A stretch of DNA of 64,000 nt from a bacterium (GTDB lineage: Bacteria; SAR324; NAC60-12). The position numbers and the translations under genes are program-made. The stretch is taken from contig CBDBHR010000026.1 of assembly GCA_965205865.1 (NCBI GenBank), positions 64,001 to 128,000 on the forward strand, given 5' to 3'. Below, piece by piece: positions 10,223 to 20,132 of the stretch (position 1 is its first letter; every line of letters starts with the position of its first letter). Under the pieces are notes generated by a model. It saw only the letters and a program-made list of their open reading frames with translations. It was not told the DNA's origin and did no database searches.

Positions 10223-11250
10223 TAAATACTAAGGAGGCATCAACTCCACCCCTAAAAAAGTTTAGCTCAGGGTTACTTTTCTTGAGTTCCAATACATCCG
10301 AAATTTGTACATCATACATTCTATCGATCTTGCCGGTTCGCAATGCCGCTAGCTTGGTAGTTTCATCTCCCATTATTATAAACTTGACAGCGTCGGCATA
10401 AGGCAGCTTGTTTTGCGGATGTCTCTCGTCGTAGCCCCAGTAGTCCGGGTTCTTTTTCAGGAGTACCGAAGAGTCAAGGACATAGTCTTCAAATATGAAC
10501 GGCCCCGTCCCTATACTATGCTTCCAGTCTTTGATCTCGTTGTCTTTCGCATCCGCGACTTCCGGAGGCACAATCGAAAACTTATCATAACCGCCCAAGA
10601 TCCTCTCTGCCATCTCGACTTTTGCCGGAGGTTTTAACTTGAACTCGACTGTGTACTTGCCAGTCGCTTTTACCGTTTCTATCTCTTTAGCCGCGTTTTT
10701 GTCGGTCCACTCACTCTTGATATGGCGGTTATAATTCCAGGCAACATCCTCAGCGGTAAGTTCGCGACCATTGACCGGGGGCTTGTTGTGCCAGCGAACC
10801 CCCTTTCGCAGTTGGACTGTGATGCTCAAACGGTCTGAAGCAATCTGCCAACTCTCGGCCAGCATTGGACCCAATATCTCCACCGGATACCGATTCCCTG
10901 TGTGAGCGGAAGCCTTCAACGCCTCTTTGTTTCCAGCCCAGTCACCCCAAGCGAGCTTTTCAAAAACGTAGGTCAGTGGCTCCATACATCCGTAGCGAAG
11001 AAAGTCGAAGTTATTACAAAAAAATACTCCAGTTCTGGTCGAGAGATTGATCGTCCCCCCATATTTTGGCTCATCTGCGGCAAAGGCGTGAGGTGCTGCC
11101 AGCACAAATGCCATCATCAGCAAATAAATTTTCATAAATGATCCGTAAAGGATCCCCGTTTTCTTAAAAGACATAACTTCTCCTTTATTTTTATTTAGAT
11201 AATTAATTTTCAAAAAAGATCCAGAAAGGATCCTTATTTTTTTAATAGAC

Positions 11251-13002
11251 CCCAAATTGAGCGATTCTAAAAAAGGATCAGATTTTCAAGATGATTTTTT
11301 TGCCTGAGAAAGGCAATCATTCTGAAATCAGATTTTGATCATCAAATCCATGGATGTTTGAGTGAGAATGAGCATCAAAATGCTGTTTTCAGATGTGGAA
11401 GGTCTTCATTTCTCATGTTTTGGACGCACTTATCCCCTTAAACTTTAATGTTTTTGTTTTTTAATTGAAGCGAAACCCGTTGATCAGATTGGCGCCAATG
11501 CGTGCTGGCAGGTGGCAAATAGTTGGTCCAATTGCAAGCGCTCAAAGGTCTTTTTTGGTATTTTCAAGATCAGTTTTCCGGCATGACGAAGCAGTTTGCC
11601 TGCCGTATCAAGAAACTGGCGCCGGAAGGTATCAGCATACATCGTTACCGCAATCACTGGCTTGCTGACATCTTCTTTGAAGGATTCGAAGAGGTTATTG
11701 CCAAGCAGCATCAGATAGTACCATGCGGTATTGGAAATGAAGTCCTTGAAGGGAAGTTGTTGATGACCAAAGTTTTTCAGCGCCCGGTTGGCCAGTTCAT
11801 CCTTTCCCCGTCCGTGGTACGAGCCAAGGATGCTATGAGCATCGATGCGCTTTTCTTCAGCGGCTTGGCTGAGTTGGCCATCAATGGCCTCTCCCATACC
11901 AAGGTTCGTAATGATCACGCCATCATGATCCAAACCCGGCAAAGAGAGTTGGCTATCGTGTTCAATCAAGCGGCTGTAGATCGTGCGACGAGCCTTCTTC
12001 CATGTCCCCTGCTGGCTCTTAAACTCGGTGTACTGCCAGATCTCCTTCTTGCCCGATGAAGTGAAGGTCTGCCAGTCAGTGGCTTCTTCCGCAGCATTCC
12101 TCACATTGGCATAGGACTTTCCTCCGCTTCAGCTAACCGATGTTCAGTCGTTCACAGGTTTCAAAGATTTTTTCGTCAAAAAAACCGGTGTCCATGCGCA
12201 CCATGATTGGTACATCATCTCGGTATTGGCGGCGAATCCTTTTCACGATATGAACCAGCATATTCTGAACAGTTTTCCCGTGATTCGAATGTTTGCTACC
12301 TCCGCGAAAAACTGCGTCAACCATATAACGACCCCAATTCATCTGCAGGGGATGAAATCCTTTGACCATCTTGTAAGTCGGCTGGACACCATGGCGTTTC
12401 AGGGCATCATCATTATCAAGTACCATCGAATCCAGACCCAACACAATCACCGTTGGACAAGTCTTCTTCAGTCTCCAGATAAACAGTATCTGCAGCAGAT
12501 GACGAAACAGGTAGACTCGTACAAAAGAGAACTTTCCAAAAAATCTTTTCACGGCATGCGAGGAGGCAAGGTCTTGCTCACTGCATGACAGCAAGGCGGC
12601 ATAACCCTCGCCCCTTTTGAGGTGATCGAACCAACTGAGATGACGGCTGCTGCCGTCCATGAAAAAACAGAGGATCTGCGCAAAAAAATCAGAGACAGCA
12701 ATTCCTTTTTTATTTTTACGCATCGAACCAAACAACCTTTCGATGATCGGCATCAGCCGAATGCTTTGCAGATACTGGGCAAACAAGGCCAATCCGGCAC
12801 GACTTGTCAAGTGTTCATCGGTTGGCTGAATGGCATCAATTATCTGTTTCTTTTTATCCTGAACTGTTATATTTTTTCCCATAAAGCTCTCTACCTGTTG
12901 GGTTGTGTTAGATTTTGTGAATTTTTTTATTTTAACCACTGAAATATAACACATTTTTCCCAAGGTTGGGAGCTTTTTTTATTACGAATCGCTCAACTTA
13001 GG
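11251..13002 (-). mobile_element. IS1380-family insertion sequence, 1752 bp
   Basis: TIRs CCCAAATTGAGCGATTC / revcomp CCTAAGTTGAGCGATTC; 5-bp target duplication TAGAC at 11246-11250 and 13003-13007. Confidence 0.9.
11484..12882 (-). pseudogene. IS1380-family transposase with nonsense codon and frameshift at ~12105-12135
   Basis: LTSRAGL, LGLDS, VRMDTGF, YHGRGKDE..RALKNFG motifs across ORFs 12133-12963 and 11484-12104. Confidence 0.88.
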
Positions 13003-13092
13003 TAGACATCACTTCTCCTTTATTTTTAGTTTGATTGAAGGAATAAAAATTCATTAATTTGATTGCATTCATAACTTCTCCTTATATTTATT

Positions 13093-14146
13093 GGCTTTGT
13101 TTGCGATAAATATTGATATATTTTTTACATCTGTCATACTGTCTCCTGAACTGCTAAATTTTTTATAGGAGAAGGAGATGGATCATACTGAATTCAAACA
13201 ATATCTTTCACATCTTGAGGAGTTGAGTCCGGCACAAAAAAGGAAGCTGTCCGATGTTTTGCGAGTCAAGGATGAAGGCGAGGCAGTCGCAGAGACACTT
13301 GAGAAGCGCATGAGCGGGGACGGTCACTGCCCTCATTGCAAGCATAATCAATTTCAAAGGTGGGGAATATCACACGGGATGCAACGCTACCGTTGTAAAA
13401 GCTGCCTGAAGACCTTCAACGCAGCCACTGGGACTCCCTTGGCGCGCCTGCGGAAAAAGGAGAAGTGGCTGGAGTATTCCAAGGCGATGGTTGACGGCCT
13501 GAGTGTCCGCAAGGCGGCCAGAAAATGCGGGATCGACACCACCACCAGTTTCCGCTGGCGTCACCGTTTCCTGCGTGGGTTGAGGGACAAGAAGGACAGC
13601 AGTCTCAAGGGGATAGTCGAGGCCGACGAGACCTTCTTCCTGGAGTCGTTCAAAGGTTCGCGAAACCTGGGGCGCACAGCTCGCAAAAGGGGCGGCAAGG
13701 CCACGAAGCGGAGGTTGTCTGCGGAGCAAATCCCGGTTCTGATCGCAAGGGACCGCCACGGAGAGATGACGGACGACGTGCTGAAAGACCTCAGCGAAGT
13801 CTCGATCACCAAAGTGCTCAAGCCTGTCTTGGCACAGGATGTGGTCCTTTGCACGGACGGGAACCAATCTTATCGGTCATTCGCGGACACTGAGAAGATC
13901 GCGCATGTCCGGCTGATCGCCTCCAATGAGAGCAGGGTCATTAACAAGGTCTATCACATTCAAAATGTCAACGCATATGACAGCCGTTTAAAAGGCTGGA
14001 TGCGCCGATTCAATGGGGTTGCAACAAAATACCTCCCGAATTACTTGGGATGGAGGCGATGCCTTGAAAAACAGGGAAATTCAATCGCACCGGTGACCTA
14101 TCTCAACTGTGCTTTGGAGAGACCAATACTAAACGCAAACAGAGCT
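13093..14146 (+). mobile_element. IS1595-family insertion sequence
   Basis: Imperfect TIRs GGCTTTGTTTGCGATAAATATTG / revcomp AGCTCTGTTTGCGTTTAGTATTG (18/23); no matching target duplication. Confidence 0.8.
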
Positions 14147-14266
14147 AAGAACATTGTCTTCTATCGCCATCTTCTCAAAGACCGGAGCGTCTTCTCGAAT
14201 TTCAAATCCTTCTCAAGTCTTTCGCATTCGTCGTTTAGGACTCAGATTCGCTTGTTGAGCAAATAA
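13178..14266 (+). CDS. IS1595-family transposase (ORF reads through the right TIR)
   Basis: Zn ribbon CPHC..RYRCKSC, HTH, VEADET, CTDG, HIQNVNAYDSRLKGW..F.GVATKYL. Confidence 0.93.
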   Translation: MDHTEFKQYLSHLEELSPAQKRKLSDVLRVKDEGEAVAETLEKRMSGDGHCPHCKHNQFQRWGISHGMQRYRCKSCLKTFNAATGTPLARLRKKEKWLEYSKAMVDGLSVRKAARKCGIDTTTSFRWRHRFLRGLRDKKDSSLKGIVEADETFFLESFKGSRNLGRTARKRGGKATKRRLSAEQIPVLIARDRHGEMTDDVLKDLSEVSITKVLKPVLAQDVVLCTDGNQSYRSFADTEKIAHVRLIASNESRVINKVYHIQNVNAYDSRLKGWMRRFNGVATKYLPNYLGWRRCLEKQGNSIAPVTYLNCALERPILNANRAKNIVFYRHLLKDRSVFSNFKSFSSLSHSSFRTQIRLLSK

Positions 14267-14337
14267 TTCGACAAAGCTTCGATTTCCTAAAGCAAAGGCT
14301 GTGGACTCTTGATAAGAAAATTTTATTTAAGTCACCG

Positions 14338-15324
14338 TCATAACCCAAATGCGTCAGCCTGTTCACAAACTCGCGCGATCAATCCCGGCAGTCTGCCATG
14401 TAGCTCCAGTTCCGGGCGAGCATATGTCCAGCCTATGGATGCCATGGCGCGGATCAGGAAAAAGAGCGAAACCAGTTCCACCGCGGCGTCATCGAGTGGG
14501 CGTTCGACACGGTATCCTGCAATCAGTGCCTCAAATAGTAAATCAAAATGGGGGCTGTCCTGGTAGTAGTAGAGGGCAACAGCCAGCTCATATTGATGCC
14601 ATCCAAACCCCGAATCATCAAAGTCGATAACGTGCAGTTGTTCGCCGTTTACGAGCAGATTACCGGGGTGGAGGTCGGAGTGAATCAGGCTATAAGTTCC
14701 CTGCTCTTTGCCGTAATCGGACAATATCCGGTAGATTGAGGCACGGGCGCTGAGAATACGCTTGCGCTCCGCCTTGGTTAGCATGGGGAGATCCCAGAAC
14801 GGCCCCCAGAAAGGAGCATTGCCCATCAGCCCATCGGCATCGAAGGCGTGACGCTGAAAGCCGGCGGGAATCTGCCAGCCTATAGCCTGATTGTGGATCC
14901 GGGCGGCAATCCGGCCAAGCTGCTCGAAATAGCTCACAAGTATCTGCTTATCAGAGGTTTGCTTCAGCATATTGCTGAGCGGCTCGCCCTCGAACCATTC
15001 AACGATGCCCACGTGTCGTTCCTCAGTCGATCCGGGCATGGAGACGCACGTGTAGCCGCGACCGTCCACCGTCATTTTGGGTACAGGCACGTCAAGGCCG
15101 GCTTGATTTAACGCCGCGGTCCACTGTTGCTCCGCATTGAGTTCTGCCAGGGTGTGATAGCCAGGGCGATGCATGCGCAGGACGTAGGTCTGGTCCATGT
15201 CCGTATCGAGGCGAAAGACAATATTCTCGGATTTGGAGATGAGAGCGATCTCCGTGACAGAGAGATCCCACTCAACTAAGGCCTGTTTGGCGACCCTGCG
15301 CAGGAGGTCATCTGTCACCATCAT
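14338..15324 (-). CDS. APH/type II homoserine kinase-like phosphotransferase (hydroxylysine-kinase-like)
   Basis: SENIVF, LRMHRPGYH, IHSDLHPGNLL, IDFDDSGFGW. Confidence 0.88.
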   Translation of the reverse strand: MMVTDDLLRRVAKQALVEWDLSVTEIALISKSENIVFRLDTDMDQTYVLRMHRPGYHTLAELNAEQQWTAALNQAGLDVPVPKMTVDGRGYTCVSMPGSTEERHVGIVEWFEGEPLSNMLKQTSDKQILVSYFEQLGRIAARIHNQAIGWQIPAGFQRHAFDADGLMGNAPFWGPFWDLPMLTKAERKRILSARASIYRILSDYGKEQGTYSLIHSDLHPGNLLVNGEQLHVIDFDDSGFGWHQYELAVALYYYQDSPHFDLLFEALIAGYRVERPLDDAAVELVSLFFLIRAMASIGWTYARPELELHGRLPGLIARVCEQADAFGL

Positions 15325-15333
15325 GCATCACCA

Positions 15334-16614
15334 CTACCAGGAACGTATCACCTCGTCAAATGCGCTGAGAAACAGGTCGGCATGTTCCTGTTTGAAGACC
15401 AGCGGGGGACGAATCTTGAGTACATTGCGTAGTGCGCCCGCGTTGCTAATGAGGAAGCCCTTCTCCTTCAGGCGATTCACGATGACGACCGCACCGTCGG
15501 AATCCGGAATTTTGGCAACCCGGTCGCTAACCCACTCTATGCCGATGAACAGGCCGTGTCCACGGACATCGCCCATAGGCTCACAACGAGCCTGTAATTT
15601 CCTCAGTTCACTGCGCAGGTAGCTGCCGACCTGCGCAACACTCTCGCGCAGCCCTTCGTTTTCGATCACGTCGATGACAGCCGTGCCTGCCGCCGACTGC
15701 AGCGGACTTGAGGCAAACGTGTTAAAGTAGCGTTTCTGCCGGCGGAAGATATCCACCAATTCCTTGGATGCGGCAACACCAGCCAGCGGCATACCGTTCC
15801 CCATGGGCTTGCCCATGACGACGATGTCCGGCACAAAGTCCATCACCTCGTAGCCCCACCACTGACCGCTGCGACAGAAGCCGGCCTGTACTTCATCGGC
15901 AATGAACACGCCACCCGCTTGGCGTACCATGTCAGCCGCCAGAGGCATAAAGTTCGGTGGAATATCCGGCAACCCTTCGTTTGCCAGCATTGAACAGACC
16001 AACATACCGGCCAGGGGAATGCCCCTCGCATTGAACCCTTCGATGGCTGCCTGGACTTCGGCCAGATAGAGTTCCGTCAACTCTGCGGGCGCCGCAGCCT
16101 CTTTAAGCGGGCGATATTGCTGTGGAAATGGAATTGCCCATACGGCGTCGTCTGGCGATCCCGCATTTTGTGACACGCGAGTCAGTTTCCCCACTTCAGC
16201 GCTATTGCCATGGTAGGCAGCGTCGGTGCAGATGATGCCACGACCACCGGTCGCCGTGCGGGCCATACTCAGGGCAACTTCATTTGCCTCCGTACCGGTG
16301 CAGGTGAAGACCACGCTCGTTATGGGATCGGCATGGAGATTGGTCAGGCGTTCGGCGTAGTCCAATACGCCTTCATGGAGATAGCGGCTGTGAACGTTGA
16401 GCGTGCTCGCTTGCTTGCGCATAGCCTCGACCACGTGGGGGTGGCAGTGGCCAACGCAAGCTACATTGTTATACATGTCAAGGTAGCGACAACCGTCAGC
16501 ATCGAAGAGCCATACGCCTTCTCCACGGACGATGTTGACAGGTTCTTTATAGAAAAGGGGGGCTCCGGCTCCCAGTAGTCGTTCGCGGCGGGCGAATAGT
16601 TCGGTTGCGGTCAT
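15334..16614 (-). CDS. Class III PLP aminotransferase / phospho-lyase-like
   Basis: YLDMYNNVACVGH, IADEVQAGFCR, PDIVVMGKPMGNG, YFNTFAS, VLKIRPPL. Confidence 0.9.
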   Translation of the reverse strand: MTATELFARRERLLGAGAPLFYKEPVNIVRGEGVWLFDADGCRYLDMYNNVACVGHCHPHVVEAMRKQASTLNVHSRYLHEGVLDYAERLTNLHADPITSVVFTCTGTEANEVALSMARTATGGRGIICTDAAYHGNSAEVGKLTRVSQNAGSPDDAVWAIPFPQQYRPLKEAAAPAELTELYLAEVQAAIEGFNARGIPLAGMLVCSMLANEGLPDIPPNFMPLAADMVRQAGGVFIADEVQAGFCRSGQWWGYEVMDFVPDIVVMGKPMGNGMPLAGVAASKELVDIFRRQKRYFNTFASSPLQSAAGTAVIDVIENEGLRESVAQVGSYLRSELRKLQARCEPMGDVRGHGLFIGIEWVSDRVAKIPDSDGAVVIVNRLKEKGFLISNAGALRNVLKIRPPLVFKQEHADLFLSAFDEVIRSW

Positions 16615-16834
16615 GGTTTCCTCATTTTATTTACTGTCTCATCTACCACAAATATGCCTCTGAAAAAATACCACTGACAAACACGCTGGGGAGCAGTCGA
16701 AAATTAGCGCACGGTTGGGCGATGAGCGATTCTGTTTCAGGATGGATTACTATATCCAAAGATAACACATCATCCCAGAGATGAACAGTGAGCTGATCAT
16801 TTCTCGAAAATTTTGTCAAGTGTCCAACATATTA

Positions 16835-17760
16835 AGAACTTATCCTTAAATAACATTAACTTTCCGGTAAGATATGATAGCTGCAGCCAATTGAAGCAGT
16901 GCGAGATAAGTTTGATTATATTTTTCGAATCGGACCATTATCTTGCGAAACCTGTTGAACCATGAATGGCTCACCTCGACGACCCATCTTCTGGGTCTGT
17001 ATTGGGGATTTGCTTTTTTTTCTTGAATCTCTTCACCCCGTTTTTTCACATGTGGCGCATAGTCATTGGATCGAATTATCTGTGATGCTGGCTCACCGTA
17101 GTAGCCTTTGTCTGCGCACAGATGTTGTTCAATGCCCTCAGGCCGCGCAATGACGATTTCCTCCAAGACCAATTCCAACTGTGTCATCATGCCGGTTCGC
17201 CCCGGTTACGACGAGGGACAGCGGGACACCACGGCTGTCAACCGGCAAATGACGCTTGCTCCCTTTTTTTTCCCCTGTCAGTCGGGTTTCGACCAACGGT
17301 TTCCTGAGCCAGAGGGGCTTTGACAGTCGTGCCGTCTATGTTTTGCCATTTCCAGGAGATTCCTTCCATCTCATCATATTCGGCAAGTCCGGCTTGCCAA
17401 AGCGACAAAAAGAAACCCGCTTCATTCCAACGCATGAAATGAGCATGGATGGCACTAGGGCTCCCATATTTTTCCTTGGGAAGAGCTCTCCATTGACAAC
17501 CGGTGCGCAAAACATATACAATTCCCTCGAAAATTTGGCGCGCAGGCATTGGCTTTCTACCACCACCTGGTTTGCGTTTGTAGGTCTTGTTCGGGTCACG
17601 TTTGGGTTTTGGTATCAGTGGCTCCACTCTGGCCCAAAATGAATCAGATACTTCCCACGACTGTACTTTTGCCATATAGCCTCCATGCGTTTATGGTTGA
17701 ACATGAAGACAAAAATATTGCAGGAAATACCAATTTTCAAGTTATTTAAGGATAAGTTCT
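16835..17760 (-). mobile_element. IS5-family (IS427-like) insertion sequence
   Basis: Perfect TIR AGAACTTATCCTTAAATAAC at both ends, flanked by TA. Confidence 0.92.
16846..17675 (-). pseudogene. IS5-family transposase: two ORFs joined at an A8 slippery run, plus an extra frameshift at ~17190
   Basis: YVLRTGCQW, NIDGT, GRNPTDRGKK / GSKRHL..GANRHD; ADKGY and RWVVEVSHSWFNRFR lie in a third frame. Confidence 0.85.
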
Positions 17761-17821
17761 TAATCATATTTTTATGGAATCCTTTGTTGACGTGATTACG
17801 GAATTTCCGTATATTTAGATT

Positions 17822-18091
17822 TTGAAATTTGAATGGGATGAAAATAAGAACCAAATAAATATTGAATCTCATGGTCTCTCTTTTCAAGAGGCTATTCCAG
17901 TTTTTTTCGATGAATTACGAGTTGAACTGGATGATACTTCCTCGGATGAGGAACGATTTAATGTAATCGGAATGGTTCAAGGCCGCATTCTTTATGTTGT
18001 GTATACTTGGAGAAGAAGCAACATTCATATAATTTCAGCAAGAAAGGCAGAAAAATATGAAGAAAAAGAATATTACAACTATTACCGCTAA
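17822..18091 (+). CDS. brnT: BrnT-family toxin
   Basis: FEWDENKNQINIESHGLSF..A, EERF..IG, IISARKA. Confidence 0.9.
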   Translation: MKFEWDENKNQINIESHGLSFQEAIPVFFDELRVELDDTSSDEERFNVIGMVQGRILYVVYTWRRSNIHIISARKAEKYEEKEYYNYYR

Positions 18092-18418
18092 TTCTTTAGA
18101 AGAAATTCTTCAAGGAAAAACAGATTGGAAAAGAATTGACGCAATGACGGAGGAAGAAGCACACCAAAACGCATTAAATGATCTCGATGCGCCACCTTTA
18201 TTTTTACGTAAAGATCTTCAACCCACAGTAGATGTTAAATTGATACGGGCAAAAATGAATATGACACAACAAGAGTTTGCCAAAAAATTCATCTTTCGTT
18301 GCCTACTCTACGAGATTGGGAGCAGAGGCGAGTTCGACCGGATCAGGCAGCAAGAACATTGTTAAGAGTAATAGAACAAAATCCGGAAGCGGTGGAAAAC
18401 GCACTTAAAATTGCATAA
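18057..18418 (+). pseudogene. HTH antitoxin (BrnA/HigA-like), frameshifted near 18285
   Basis: KTDWKRIDAMTEEE..DAPPL, IRAKMNMTQQEFA, then other frame LSLPTLRDWEQRRVRPDQAARTLLRVIEQNPEAV. Confidence 0.8.
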
Positions 18419-18657
18419 AAATCGAACAAGATGTTTCATCGGACACCCACCACAGCAATTCTTTCAACATTTTTAGATAAATAGGGACTGCAGAAAAAAG
18501 TTTGACGGAGCTTGCGGAGGCTTTTCCTTGCCTGTCGGCAGACAGGGTTGCGAGACGGTTTGGCTCATGTTTCAGCGTAGCCATCCTGTTTTGCGTCCTC
18601 GCCGGGTCAGTTTCGAGGTTGATTTCCGAAAAAAAACCAATTGATTTGAGTCGGTCC

Positions 18658-19611
18658 ATGGCGAGGAAAAAATGTTTGCATGTTCAGGGAGACTATTATC
18701 AGGTGATGATTCGGGGAAATGGAAGAGACAATATTTTTATGATTGATCAAGATCGGGAAGCATTTTCGAGTTTGATTGCTGAAGGGATTGAAAGATATCA
18801 ACATCGGATTCACGCTTTCTGCTGGATGAGCAATCACGTCCATCTGCTGATTGAAGTGGGAGAACGTCCTTTATCCGATATTATACAAAATGTTTCATTT
18901 CGCTACACCCGTTATCTCAATAGGCGCTTAAAACGAATGGGACATTTGTTTCAGGGAAGATACAAAGCCCTTCTTGTCAATGAAGATCAATAGTTGCTGG
19001 AATTAGTCCGTTATATCCATCTCAATCCCGTCAGAGCCGGAATTTCAAAAACTGCCGATGCTCATCGTTAGAGTGGGCATCATGCTTATTTGGGCAGAGA
19101 AAAATATTTCTGGTTGACTCAAGAAGAGGTTTTGGCACGCTTTTCAAAAAGAAAAGGCCAAGCACGCGCCCTTTATGCGCAGTATATTTCTGAAGGGATT
19201 GGAGAAAGACGCCGTGCTGAATTTCATAGGGGTGGCAAAGAGGTTGGTTTATCAGGAGATGATGCCTTTATCGAGAAAATTCGGCCTTCCGATGAAACGA
19301 TCAAACGAAACACCGTTCCGACGGAAAATTTATTGAAGGCTGTGCTTGAGAGAGAAGGTGTGAGTGAAACAGAAATAAGATCGGCCAGTCGTACTCGCAA
19401 ATTAGCCTTGGCGCGGCAATGGTTGGCCTATCTTATCTCTGAATTTGGAGAAGAGAATTTAACGCAATCAGGCCAGTTTTTGAGGCGAGATGTTTCAACA
19501 TTGAGCAATGGAGTGAGAAAAATTTGGACACTCACCCAAACCCACTCTGAATGGAAACAGAAATCGGTTCGCTATCAAATGCAAATTAATAAACCAATAA
19601 CAAAGGCCTGA
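18658..19611 (+). pseudogene. REP-associated tyrosine (Y1/HUH) transposase with C-terminal DnaA-like HTH; two in-frame TAG stops
   Basis: V.IRGN, AFCWMSNHVHLL, GHLFQGRYKA, VRYIHLNPVRAG; TAG at 18991 and 19069; ends in GGCCTGACCCC. Confidence 0.88.
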
Positions 19612-19640
19612 CCCCTACTCGAAACACAGGGACGCCCTTT

Positions 19641-19757
19641 GTGATCAGTCGTCTGGAAGTTGTGCTTGATGATCTCGGAGAGAAATTAGCAGAGGAGATG
19701 GTCGTGATTGTGGAAGACGGGCGTTATCGGATGAGACGCTTGCCAATCGGAAAATAG
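19641..19757 (+). pseudogene. C-terminal remnant of a DUF5615/PIN-like toxin
   Basis: VISRLEVVLDDLGEKLAEEMVVIVEDGRYRMRRLPIGK*; family assignment from recalled motif. Confidence 0.5.
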
Positions 19758-19907
19758 GATAACAGTAGTGTTCACGGATATCAAAAATAGAATTGAATCC
19801 GAAGAAGTGATGTTGACTTCCCAGCGGGTCTTCCGTTTCCGGTAAAAAATCCCTCCCACCCGCTGGGCCGGAGGGAAGGAGGAAGAGGGTTCGTTTAAAA
19901 CAAGGGA

Positions 19908-20132
19908 CTAAAACCCCATTTTCTTTTTCAGTTCCTGGTCAATCCAGATGCGGGCGAATAAGGCCTTAAATTGATGATTTCCCAGATGCGCTTTGCCGTT
20001 ATACCCTTTGACCAAAGGCCGGGTCACTTGAAACATCGGGGAATCGGGCCCCATATGTTCCAATGCTTCTCTATGATATACATATCTGCCTCTCGGAACA
20101 ACCTCTGGTACTCCTCGAGGTCATTAGTAGCT
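19908..20132 (-). pseudogene. C-terminal remnant of a second family 5 ABC substrate-binding protein
   Basis: EYQRLFREADMYIIEKHWNIWGP..VKGYNG..ARIWIDQELKK, paralogous to 7294-7476; cut off by an IS. Confidence 0.75.

Larger units (their letters stand above)
7294..11174 (-). pseudogene. Family 5 ABC substrate-binding protein, split by an IS and frameshifted in its 3' part
   Basis: 5' part 11174-10223 (PKYGGT, LRKGVRWHNKPPVNGRELTAEDV, GTGPF); removing the IS and one TAAATA restores SLVFKPRSDTPPFDDVRVRQAM; 3' part broken into 7691-8068, 7492-7731 and 7294-7476. Confidence 0.9.
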
